Shown here: positions 10,396 to 19,703 of the stretch, in pieces | How the letters are laid out: each line of letters opens with the position of its first letter | Position numbering within the stretch: the stretch's first letter is position 1 | Assembly (NCBI GenBank): GCA_016777005.1 | Contig: JADHSF010000001.1 | Coordinates: 105,029 to 169,028, forward strand | Direction of reading: 5' to 3' | Source of the DNA: SAR86 cluster bacterium | GTDB taxonomy: Bacteria > Pseudomonadota > Gammaproteobacteria > Magnimaribacterales > Magnimaribacteraceae | DNA length: 64,000 bases | Notes under the pieces: generated by a model | The model's input: only the letters and a program-made list of their open reading frames with translations | Database searches by the model: none | What the model was told of the DNA's origin: nothing | Position numbers and translations under genes: made by a program

Positions 10396-10846
10396 CTATC
10401 AACATTTGAATATGCGGTATTCCATCTTCGTCATAAACCTCTCCCTCAATTTTAAATCCATGCTCTTCATAGAAACCAATTAAATATTCTTGTGCAGATA
10501 TTCTCAAAGCATTTGAAGCATATATAAGTGAACTCTTCTCGAGACCTTCTTTAACAATTTTAGAACCTATTTTATGTCGCCTCATGTCATGATGAATGGC
10601 AATTCTTCCTATGGAAGCAACTTCATACTTTTTTCCAGGTGGTGTCAGCCTCAAGTAGCCAATTAGCTTGTTATTTTTTTTTACCAATAAGTGATGGCTA
10701 AATTGATCTAAGCTATCTGCATCAAGATACCAAGACTTTTGTTCCACTACAAAAATTTCCTGTCGAAATTGCAGTAACTCATAAAGCTCATTTTTTGTAA
10801 GCTGATCAAAAGTTTTCCAGAACCACTGCAGAGCTATCGTATTCAA
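10388..10846 (-). CDS. elaA: ElaA-family GNAT acetyltransferase
   Basis: LYELLQFRQEIFVVEQ, SIGRI, SAQEYL..FY and YDEDGIPHIQM motifs. Confidence 0.88.
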   Translation of the reverse strand: MNTIALQWFWKTFDQLTKNELYELLQFRQEIFVVEQKSWYLDADSLDQFSHHLLVKKNNKLIGYLRLTPPGKKYEVASIGRIAIHHDMRRHKIGSKIVKEGLEKSSLIYASNALRISAQEYLIGFYEEHGFKIEGEVYDEDGIPHIQMLIDG

Positions 10847-10849
10847 GTT

Positions 10850-11890
10850 CTATGGGCAGATATTAGGATTGCTTCTGTGTATTAATTCTATCTGCTTTAA
10901 ATCTTCCTCAGAAAGCTTCACATCAATACTAGCTATTGCTAACTTTAGTTGCTCCATGGAAGTTGCCCCAATTATATTTGAAATTACAAAATCTCTTGTA
11001 TTAACAAAAGCATTGGCCATGACAGAAGGGTCCATATTGATAGATCTTGCATAGTTCACATAAGATTTAATTGCCTCATTTGCTTCAGGAATCTCGTATC
11101 GATCTCCTCTTTCGAATAGTGTTGTTCTTGCGCCAGCGGGTCTAGCACCATCGATATATTTTCCTGATAGGTACCCTTGAGCTAAAGGAGAATAGGCCAA
11201 TAATCCTACTTGGGACCTATGATGAAATTCTGACATGCCTAACTCGTAAGTTCGATTTAAGAAATTATATGCATTCTGCACAGATACAACCCTGGGCAGA
11301 TCTAGCATCTCTGAGTATTTAATGAATTCTGATAGACCCCATGGAGTTTCATTAGATAAACCTATATATCTTATTTTTCCTGCTTTAACTAAATCAGAAA
11401 GAACTTTTAAAGTTTCTAGAATTGGAATTGTTTCAGCTTCGTAATGCTTATAGCCCAATCCATCAGCACCAAACATACTCATCCTGCGGTCAGGCCAATG
11501 GAGTTGATAGACATCTATATAATCAGTTTGTAGTCTTGATAAACTTGCATCGATAGCACTTTCAATATTCTCTCGATCTAAAAGAGTCCATTCGCCTCTG
11601 AACCAATTCATTGGGGCCCTGCCAGCTACTTTAGACGCTAATATTATTTTATCCCGTTGCCCTGTTTTCTTAAACCAATTACCTATACATTCTTCTGTTT
11701 TGCCTTGCGTATCAGGTTTTGGAGGTATCGGATACAATTCGGCAGTGTCGAAGAAATTGACACCCTGATCAACCGCATAATCCATTTGCTCATATCCTTC
11801 CTCAAAAGTATTTTGTTCGCCCCAAGTCATTGTCCCTAAACAAATGACACTTACATCCAGATTAGTTTTTCCAAGCTTTCTATATTCCAC
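10850..11890 (-). CDS. tas: NADP(H)-dependent aldo-keto reductase, Tas-like
   Basis: ICLGTMTWGEQN, DTAELYP, YQLHWPDR, IGLSNETPWG and LLAYSPLAQG motifs; GTG start with AGGAG SD. Confidence 0.88.
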   Translation of the reverse strand: MEYRKLGKTNLDVSVICLGTMTWGEQNTFEEGYEQMDYAVDQGVNFFDTAELYPIPPKPDTQGKTEECIGNWFKKTGQRDKIILASKVAGRAPMNWFRGEWTLLDRENIESAIDASLSRLQTDYIDVYQLHWPDRRMSMFGADGLGYKHYEAETIPILETLKVLSDLVKAGKIRYIGLSNETPWGLSEFIKYSEMLDLPRVVSVQNAYNFLNRTYELGMSEFHHRSQVGLLAYSPLAQGYLSGKYIDGARPAGARTTLFERGDRYEIPEANEAIKSYVNYARSINMDPSVMANAFVNTRDFVISNIIGATSMEQLKLAIASIDVKLSEEDLKQIELIHRSNPNICP

Positions 11891-11946
11891 CCTTCTCTCC
11901 TTTTAATATTGCTATAATTAATCATTATAAAAAAATTAGTAACAAA

Positions 11947-12429
11947 ATGACCAAAAACATTTATCAATTCTCTTGTGAAGACTCTAAAGGTCAACCAATC
12001 AATTTAAGCGACTATGAAGGAAAGGCATTATTAATAGTGAATACTGCTAGTAAATGTGGTTTTACTCCTCAATACGAAGGGCTAGAAAAACTGCAGAAAA
12101 AATATGGGTCAGATACATTTTCGGTCCTCGCCTTTCCCTGCAATCAGTTCGGTGGACAAGAACCCGGGACAAATGAAGAAATAGTAGATTTCTGTTCACT
12201 CAACTATTCAAATACTTTTCCTGTTTTTAGTAAAGTAGATGTCAATGGGGACGAGGCCCATCCTTTATTTGAATTCTTAACTAAGGAGAAGAAGGGCTTA
12301 TTGGGCTCTGAAAAAATAAAATGGAATTTTACTAAATTTCTAATAAATAAAAGTGGAGAGCCCGTTGCCAGATATGCGCCTTCCACTACTCCTGAAAAGA
12401 TAGAATCTGACATAGCAAAAATTCTTTAA
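11947..12429 (+). CDS. Glutathione peroxidase (Cys-type)
   Basis: VNTASKCGFTPQY, FPCNQFGGQEPG and IKWNFTKFL motifs. Confidence 0.95.
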   Translation: MTKNIYQFSCEDSKGQPINLSDYEGKALLIVNTASKCGFTPQYEGLEKLQKKYGSDTFSVLAFPCNQFGGQEPGTNEEIVDFCSLNYSNTFPVFSKVDVNGDEAHPLFEFLTKEKKGLLGSEKIKWNFTKFLINKSGEPVARYAPSTTPEKIESDIAKIL

Positions 12430-12902
12430 TCATTTGCAAAGAAGAACTTACTAATTAAATCCTGCTTAAGTGATTTAGATAATACATATGCGTCTTCTCT
12501 GCCCTCAGGTAATCTGTAGTATTTTTTTCTTATCCCTATTTCTTCAAATCCAAGCTTCTTGTATAGCTGATAGGCGGTTTTATTTGATAACCTGACCTCT
12601 AGTATAATTTTTCTACTGCCCATTACCTCGGCGGCTATTATCATTTTTTTTAATAACTTTTCTCCATATCCCATTCCTCTTTCATTTTTATTAATGCCAA
12701 TATTAAGTAAATGGGATTCATCTGTAGATATAGCCATAATCGCAAATCCAATGAATTTGTTCTTATCTTCCAAGGCAAGTGAATAGTAGCCTTTATCTAA
12801 GCAATCTTTAAAGTTGCCCTCCGTCCATGGAAAAGGGTTAGATTCATTTTCTATTTCCAAAATGGAGGCCAAGTGACTTTGATCTAGGTAGGAGTAGTCC
12901 AA
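12426..12902 (-). CDS. rimI: Ribosomal protein S18 alanine N-acetyltransferase
   Basis: FPWT, ESHLLNIGI, LEVRLSN..A..LY..LGF and RKKYY..GREDA motifs. Confidence 0.92.
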   Translation of the reverse strand: MDYSYLDQSHLASILEIENESNPFPWTEGNFKDCLDKGYYSLALEDKNKFIGFAIMAISTDESHLLNIGINKNERGMGYGEKLLKKMIIAAEVMGSRKIILEVRLSNKTAYQLYKKLGFEEIGIRKKYYRLPEGREDAYVLSKSLKQDLISKFFFAND

Positions 12903-12910
12903 TTGAAATA

Positions 12911-13306
12911 CTAATTAATGGTTTTATTTACAGAAGCCAAAAAATTGCTTTTACTTTCTCCTGAGGAACATATTTCATCGATAGATGAAAGCTCTGTAAT
13001 ACTAGAATCTTTCTGTCCCTGAAGATATGAAGGTAATTTTACACCCAATAAGAAGATATGTTCTATTGATGGTGTTTCGTCTAGTAGCGTAATCTTTGAA
13101 ACATTTTTTTTCCCCAGTGATATAGCCAGTGTTTTTAAAAACAATATCTTATTATTTTCTGATTCAGGATCGATAGGGTTGCTAAAGAAAAATAGATACT
13201 TATTTTCTATTGAATATCCATCTGTATTCTCAGAGTTGTTTTGTTGAGATATTTTTTTCCAAATACTAATACCTAAATGATTTAATCTTTCTTCTTGAGA
13301 TGTCAT
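12911..13306 (-). CDS. holD: Probable divergent DNA polymerase III psi subunit
   Basis: Directly upstream of rimI. Start MTSQEERLNHLGISIW resembles the HolD N-terminus MTSRRDWQLQQLGITQW. Start moved to the ATG at 13306. Confidence 0.55.
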   Translation of the reverse strand: MTSQEERLNHLGISIWKKISQQNNSENTDGYSIENKYLFFFSNPIDPESENNKILFLKTLAISLGKKNVSKITLLDETPSIEHIFLLGVKLPSYLQGQKDSSITELSSIDEICSSGESKSNFLASVNKTIN

Positions 13307-13343
13307 ATATGTAGATTCTACTCTATGAAAAAAAAGTCTCAAC

Positions 13344-13372
13344 TTGACCTAATTAGATGGCCTATATAAGCT
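13344..13372 (+). promoter_or_regulatory. Sigma70-type promoter of the leuA leader
   Basis: TTGACC (13344-49), 17-nt spacer, TAAGCT (13367-72); predicted TSS about 13379-13380. Confidence 0.65.
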
Positions 13373-13379
13373 AGCGCGC

Positions 13380-13439
13380 ATGATTTTAGTCATAAGTGAT
13401 AACAAGTTACTCCGACTGACTTACCCGGTCTCTTTTTAA
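13380..13439 (+). CDS. Putative leuA leader peptide MILVISDNKLLRLTYPVSF
   Basis: 19-codon ORF starting at the predicted TSS, with 4 Leu (LLRL cluster), 2 Ile and 2 Val codons; overlaps a hairpin upstream of leuA. Confidence 0.6.
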   Translation: MILVISDNKLLRLTYPVSF

Positions 13440-13510
13440 AGAGTCTACCGGGTGTTACTTTAGGCTTTTAAAGCCAATCAAAAATTAATCTGACCACATT
13501 TTGGAGATAA
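13407..13510 (+). promoter_or_regulatory. Structured leuA 5' leader (candidate attenuator)
   Basis: Stems ACCCGGT/ACCGGGT (13423-29/13447-53), CTCTT/AAGAG and GGCTT/AAGCC (13463-75). CTCCGA (13410-15) is complementary to TTGGAG (13501-06), which contains the SD. Confidence 0.55.
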
Positions 13511-15196
<1,686 letters not shown>

Positions 15197-15245
15197 CTCA
15201 AAACTATAATATAACCTAGAAGTAAGATATTTCTAGGGGAGTTAT

Positions 15246-16640
15246 ATGAGTACTACGACAGTAAAGCGTAATACGATATTTGCATATGGAGGGCTAGCAA
15301 CTCCGTTAGCTATGATTGGTTATCCAATAGCAATTTGGCTAATTCCATTCTATGCAGAAGTCGTAGGAATACCTCTTTATATAATTGCTAACTTACTCTT
15401 AATAGCAAGATTCACCGATGTGATTACAGACCCCATACTGGGACAATTAGGTGACTCTACGAAGACATCTATTGGAAGAAGAAAGCCTTGGATTATCCTA
15501 GGGGTTCCGTTAATGATGTTCGCTATTTATAAATTATTTATCCCAGGTGGTGAAGTTTCTATAACTTACTTTGTTTTATACATGATGCTCATGTACTTGG
15601 GTTCAACAATAATCACTATCCCTTATGGTGCTTGGGGGGCAGAAATCTCTCCTGATTATCATCAAAGATCTAGAGTGGTAGGAGGAAGAGAGGGATGGAC
15701 TTTAATCGGTCTGCTAATCTCAGCTCTTATTCCTCTTGCAATAGAAGTTTCGGGGCAAGGAATAAGTTTCTTTGATTCCATTCAGAGAATGCTTGCGGCA
15801 ATCTTTGTATTTCAAGACTTCTCTACGTCTGGAAAAATGTCTGACATCCTGGCTAGTATGGGAGTAGGTATTATATTGTTATTACCCATATTTGCAGCGT
15901 GGGCACTCTGGAAAGTTCCCGATCCTATGCCTAAGATGGAAAAAAAGATTCCTTTATTTGAAGGACTCAAGTATGCAGCAGAAAATCCCCTCTTAGTAAG
16001 AATCTTATTAATTATATTCTTAGTTATTGCAGGAGAATCATTTAGAAATACTTTATCTCTGTGGTTCGTCAGAGATGTTATTGGAATAGAGACCATTGGA
16101 GCATCTTATGCAAGATACTTCATTGCCGGATTGATAGGAATACCTTTCTGGTTGTGGTTAGGTAAAGCGCTAGGAAAGCATAGGGCTTTTTGTATAACAC
16201 TTGTAGGTACAGGAACAGTTAGTTTCTTGTGTTTCTTCCTTGAAAGAGGAGATTTTAGTCAGTTTCACATATTGTTCCTTCTTAAAGGTTTCTGTTTTGG
16301 TGGACTGCAATTCCTTCCGGCTTCAATGCTTGCTGATGTTGTGGACTTAGATTCTCTTAAAACAGGCGGAAGACGCGCAGGGACTTTCTTTGCTTTAAAT
16401 GGAATGATAGCTAAAATCTCAGCGATGCTTGCAATATGGGCAGCAGCTATATTAGTAGATTTTTCAGGATTTATTCCTGGAACTGATAATACCGAAGATT
16501 CATTATTAGCCCTAAGGACATTGTATTGTCTAGGCTGTGCAGCTTTTTTCTTACCAGCTTTATTTTTAACTTGGTACTATCCACTTACAAAAGAAAAACA
16601 CCATGAGCTAAGGATGGAACTAGAGAGTCAAAGCAAATAA
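15246..16640 (+). CDS. GPH (MelB-like) family MFS transporter
   Basis: DVITDPILGQLGD, GRRKPW, PYGAWGAEISPDY..R and MLADVVD motifs; about 12 TM helices. Confidence 0.88.
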   Translation: MSTTTVKRNTIFAYGGLATPLAMIGYPIAIWLIPFYAEVVGIPLYIIANLLLIARFTDVITDPILGQLGDSTKTSIGRRKPWIILGVPLMMFAIYKLFIPGGEVSITYFVLYMMLMYLGSTIITIPYGAWGAEISPDYHQRSRVVGGREGWTLIGLLISALIPLAIEVSGQGISFFDSIQRMLAAIFVFQDFSTSGKMSDILASMGVGIILLLPIFAAWALWKVPDPMPKMEKKIPLFEGLKYAAENPLLVRILLIIFLVIAGESFRNTLSLWFVRDVIGIETIGASYARYFIAGLIGIPFWLWLGKALGKHRAFCITLVGTGTVSFLCFFLERGDFSQFHILFLLKGFCFGGLQFLPASMLADVVDLDSLKTGGRRAGTFFALNGMIAKISAMLAIWAAAILVDFSGFIPGTDNTEDSLLALRTLYCLGCAAFFLPALFLTWYYPLTKEKHHELRMELESQSK

Positions 16641-17414
16641 TTATTTAAAATTTGGCTGCCTCTTCTCCATAAAGGCAGTTATTCCCTCAATATTGTCTTC
16701 CGAACCTGTAAGAGTATTTTGTGTTTTGGCTTCTAAACCATAAATATCTTCATAAGAACTATCTAAAGCTTTCCGCATAATTTGCTTAGTAAGCTTTAAA
16801 GACTGTGACGAACGTAAACTCAATTTATCTGCCCAAAGTAATGCCTCATCTAACAGAACATCTGAAGAAACAACTTTGTTTATCAAGCCAAGATCTAAAC
16901 ATCTTTCAGCTTCAATTCTTTCACCTTCTATGGCGATCTGATATGCCAATTTATAGCCAACAGTATTTGTTAAAAACCAATTAGCACCGCCATCTGGAAT
17001 AAGTCCAATATTGCTGAATGCTTGGAGTATGTAGGCCTCTTCAGACATTATTGTTAGGTCACAGGCCATTGCATAAGCGCTACCAATACCTGCAGCAGCA
17101 CCGTTTACTGCAGAAATAACCGGCTTAGGCATCTCCATGATCTCTTTTAGACTAGGCAAGTAACCTTCAATAAGAGCTGCCTCGGTATCCTCCCATTTAC
17201 TATCCCTTGCAGACAAATCAGCACCAGCGGAGAAACTTAATCCTTCTCCTGTAAGAACTATAGCCCGAACTGAAACATCATTCTTTGCCGAAAGCAGAGC
17301 CTCTAGGATATCTTCAGTCATTTTTGCATTAAACGCATTTCTAACCTCTGGTCTATTAAATGTTATTAATGCAACTGCACCTTTTTTTTCATATTTTACT
17401 GTTTCTAAAATCAT
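16641..17414 (-). CDS. Enoyl-CoA hydratase/isomerase family protein
   Basis: NRPEVRNA, FSAGADL, KPVISAVNGAAAGIG and IGLIPDGG motifs. Start moved to the ATG at 17414 (GAGGAGG SD). Confidence 0.93.
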   Translation of the reverse strand: MILETVKYEKKGAVALITFNRPEVRNAFNAKMTEDILEALLSAKNDVSVRAIVLTGEGLSFSAGADLSARDSKWEDTEAALIEGYLPSLKEIMEMPKPVISAVNGAAAGIGSAYAMACDLTIMSEEAYILQAFSNIGLIPDGGANWFLTNTVGYKLAYQIAIEGERIEAERCLDLGLINKVVSSDVLLDEALLWADKLSLRSSQSLKLTKQIMRKALDSSYEDIYGLEAKTQNTLTGSEDNIEGITAFMEKRQPNFK

Positions 17415-17415
17415 A

Positions 17416-18747
17416 TCAACCTCCTCGTTGATTACTATACTCATTCCAAATAATTGAGATACTCGGTTTACTTGAAGCAGCATGAAATTCTTCACAAACC
17501 CACAAATCTCCTACTGCTGCTAACTTTTTATCTATATAGATTAAAGGAATTTGATCTCGCTTCCAATCAGGAACCTTGTATTCTTGAAAAAGGTTCTTTA
17601 ATTTTTGACTTTTATCTCGTCCATAAGGTTTACATCTTTCTCCGCCTTCTCTTGATTTGATTATCGCACCTGAACAAATAAATTTCTTATCTAAACCCTT
17701 TCCTTTGGTCTCTTTTATTGAGATTTCTCCAGTGGGTATTTTTACAAGATCTTTTAAATTCCAGTTTATACTAAGATCTTTAGGTAAATTTATTATGGAA
17801 TCTATATCAATAAGATTTATCTCGTTAGAAGAAATAAAAAGCCTAGTTTTTAGAATGCCTTCTTTAGAAATTAACTCAAACATTGCAGATCCTTGAGTAG
17901 AATTTAGGATACAAGATGTTATTTCATTTAATTGCTTAGAAGATATTTTTAACCCTTTCATATCTGTTAACCAAAAATATAATAAGTTTTCTTGCCTCTC
18001 TTTTTTTAGGGCATGCAATTCATTCCGGTCTATTGAATTATCTGAAATGTTTATTTTTTTTAAATCTTCTTTTGCAATATCTTCAAGTATTTCTTGAGTT
18101 ATCTTGGCTCGACTTGATAGCTGCAGAAGGGATTTATCTAATTCCGGCCATCTCTGAATAATCTTAGGAACTAATAAATTTCTTATGATATTCCTTGAGT
18201 AATAATTTTGATTATTCGAGTCGTCTTCAATCCAATCTAATTTAGATTCTTTGGCATATCTTAATAAGACTTCCTTTCTTGTATGTATGAATGGTCTCAA
18301 AATATTCAAATTCTTATTAGTTGAATATTCTTTTATTCCAATCAATCCATTAATACCAGTTCCTCTAAATATCCTAAAAAGTAGTGTTTCTATTTGATCA
18401 TCTGCATGATGTCCTGTAACTATGAGGTCATCTTTATTCGACCAATCAGAAAATATTTTGTATCTATGATCTCTTAAAGTATTTTCAGAGGTTTTTTTTA
18501 AATCTCTTAGCTGCCAAGATCTAAAATTAATGCCCAGAATTGAGGCTTGATCTCTACAAAAATCTTCCCAAGTATCTGAATATTTACTAATCCCATGGTT
18601 TATATGTAAGGCATAAATTTTTTCTTTTTTGGGGAAGTTTTCTGCTATGTATTTCAGCAGAGCTGAGGAGTCCAGACCTCCTGAAAAAGCTATACCAATT
18701 CTATTAAAATTATTTAATTCGTTTAAATGGATATCTACCGGAAACAT
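17416..18747 (-). CDS. tilS: tRNA(Ile)-lysidine synthase
   Basis: SGGLDS PP-loop, GHHADDQIET and C-terminal KLKNLFQE..VP.WKR; follows accA. Confidence 0.95.
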   Translation of the reverse strand: MFPVDIHLNELNNFNRIGIAFSGGLDSSALLKYIAENFPKKEKIYALHINHGISKYSDTWEDFCRDQASILGINFRSWQLRDLKKTSENTLRDHRYKIFSDWSNKDDLIVTGHHADDQIETLLFRIFRGTGINGLIGIKEYSTNKNLNILRPFIHTRKEVLLRYAKESKLDWIEDDSNNQNYYSRNIIRNLLVPKIIQRWPELDKSLLQLSSRAKITQEILEDIAKEDLKKINISDNSIDRNELHALKKERQENLLYFWLTDMKGLKISSKQLNEITSCILNSTQGSAMFELISKEGILKTRLFISSNEINLIDIDSIINLPKDLSINWNLKDLVKIPTGEISIKETKGKGLDKKFICSGAIIKSREGGERCKPYGRDKSQKLKNLFQEYKVPDWKRDQIPLIYIDKKLAAVGDLWVCEEFHAASSKPSISIIWNEYSNQRGG

Positions 18748-19694
18748 TAAATAGAACCGTAACTCATCAACCTTTCATATCTTTTATCAACAAGTTCATT
18801 GATAGGAAGTTTAGTTAATATATCTAGATTTTTTAAAATAGATCTTGAAAGATTTGAGGATACTTGGTCAAAATTTCTATGTGCACCACCTAAAGGCTCA
18901 GGAATTATTTCATCAATAAGTCCTAAATTAAGTATATTTTTTGCGTTCAATTTCATCGCTTCAGCTGCTTTGTCTGCCATAGTCGAATCTCTCCAAACTA
19001 TACTTGCACAGGCTTCAGGTGACGCAACTGAATAGGTTGAATTTTCTAGCATGGTGATGTGGTCACCTACACCTAATGCCAGAGCACCTCCTGAACCTCC
19101 CTCTCCTACGACATTAACAATAATAGGGGACTTTAATGAGGACATTACTCGTAAGTTGTGAGCTATTGCTTCACTCTGTCCTCTTTCTTCGCTATCAATA
19201 CCAGGATAAGCCCCAGGTGTATCAATCAAGGTTACGATTGGCATTGAGAATCGTTCAGCTAATTCCATTAGCCTGCAAGCCTTTCTATAACCTTCAGGCT
19301 GGGACATCCCAAAATTATGTTTGATTTTTTCTTCGGTAGTTCTTCCTTTTTCATGCCCAATGAACATAACTTTATAATCACCTATAGAGCCTATGCCTCC
19401 TAATACAGCCCTATCATCTGAAAAGTGTCTATCTCCATGAAGTTCATCAAAGTTATCAGTGATTCTTTCGACATAATCAATGAAATGAGGTCTTTCAGGA
19501 TGTCTTGCTACTTGAACATTCTGCCAAGATGTTAAATTTGAATAGATTTTCTCAGTTGTTTTCATGATAGATTCATTTAACCTCACAACTTCTCTCTGAA
19601 GAGAGCTCTCATCTAATACAGAGTCCTTTAAATCTAAAACTTGCTGTTCAAGATCTGCGATGGGTTGTTCAAAATCTAAATAGCTCTTAAGCAT
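18747..19694 (-). CDS. accA: Acetyl-CoA carboxylase carboxyltransferase alpha
   Basis: YLDFEQPI, ARHPERP, IDTPGAYPG and GEGGSGGALA motifs. Confidence 0.98.
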   Translation of the reverse strand: MLKSYLDFEQPIADLEQQVLDLKDSVLDESSLQREVVRLNESIMKTTEKIYSNLTSWQNVQVARHPERPHFIDYVERITDNFDELHGDRHFSDDRAVLGGIGSIGDYKVMFIGHEKGRTTEEKIKHNFGMSQPEGYRKACRLMELAERFSMPIVTLIDTPGAYPGIDSEERGQSEAIAHNLRVMSSLKSPIIVNVVGEGGSGGALALGVGDHITMLENSTYSVASPEACASIVWRDSTMADKAAEAMKLNAKNILNLGLIDEIIPEPLGGAHRNFDQVSSNLSRSILKNLDILTKLPINELVDKRYERLMSYGSI

Positions 19695-19703
19695 TTCTAC
19701 TAA

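Noticed and set aside
12040-12062. Possible selenocysteine glutathione peroxidase
   Set aside because: The active-site codon is TGT (Cys) and there is no in-frame TGA.
13463-13490. Classical Rho-independent attenuator terminator before leuA
   Set aside because: The GGCTT/AAGCC hairpin is short and is followed by an A-rich tract rather than a U-tract.
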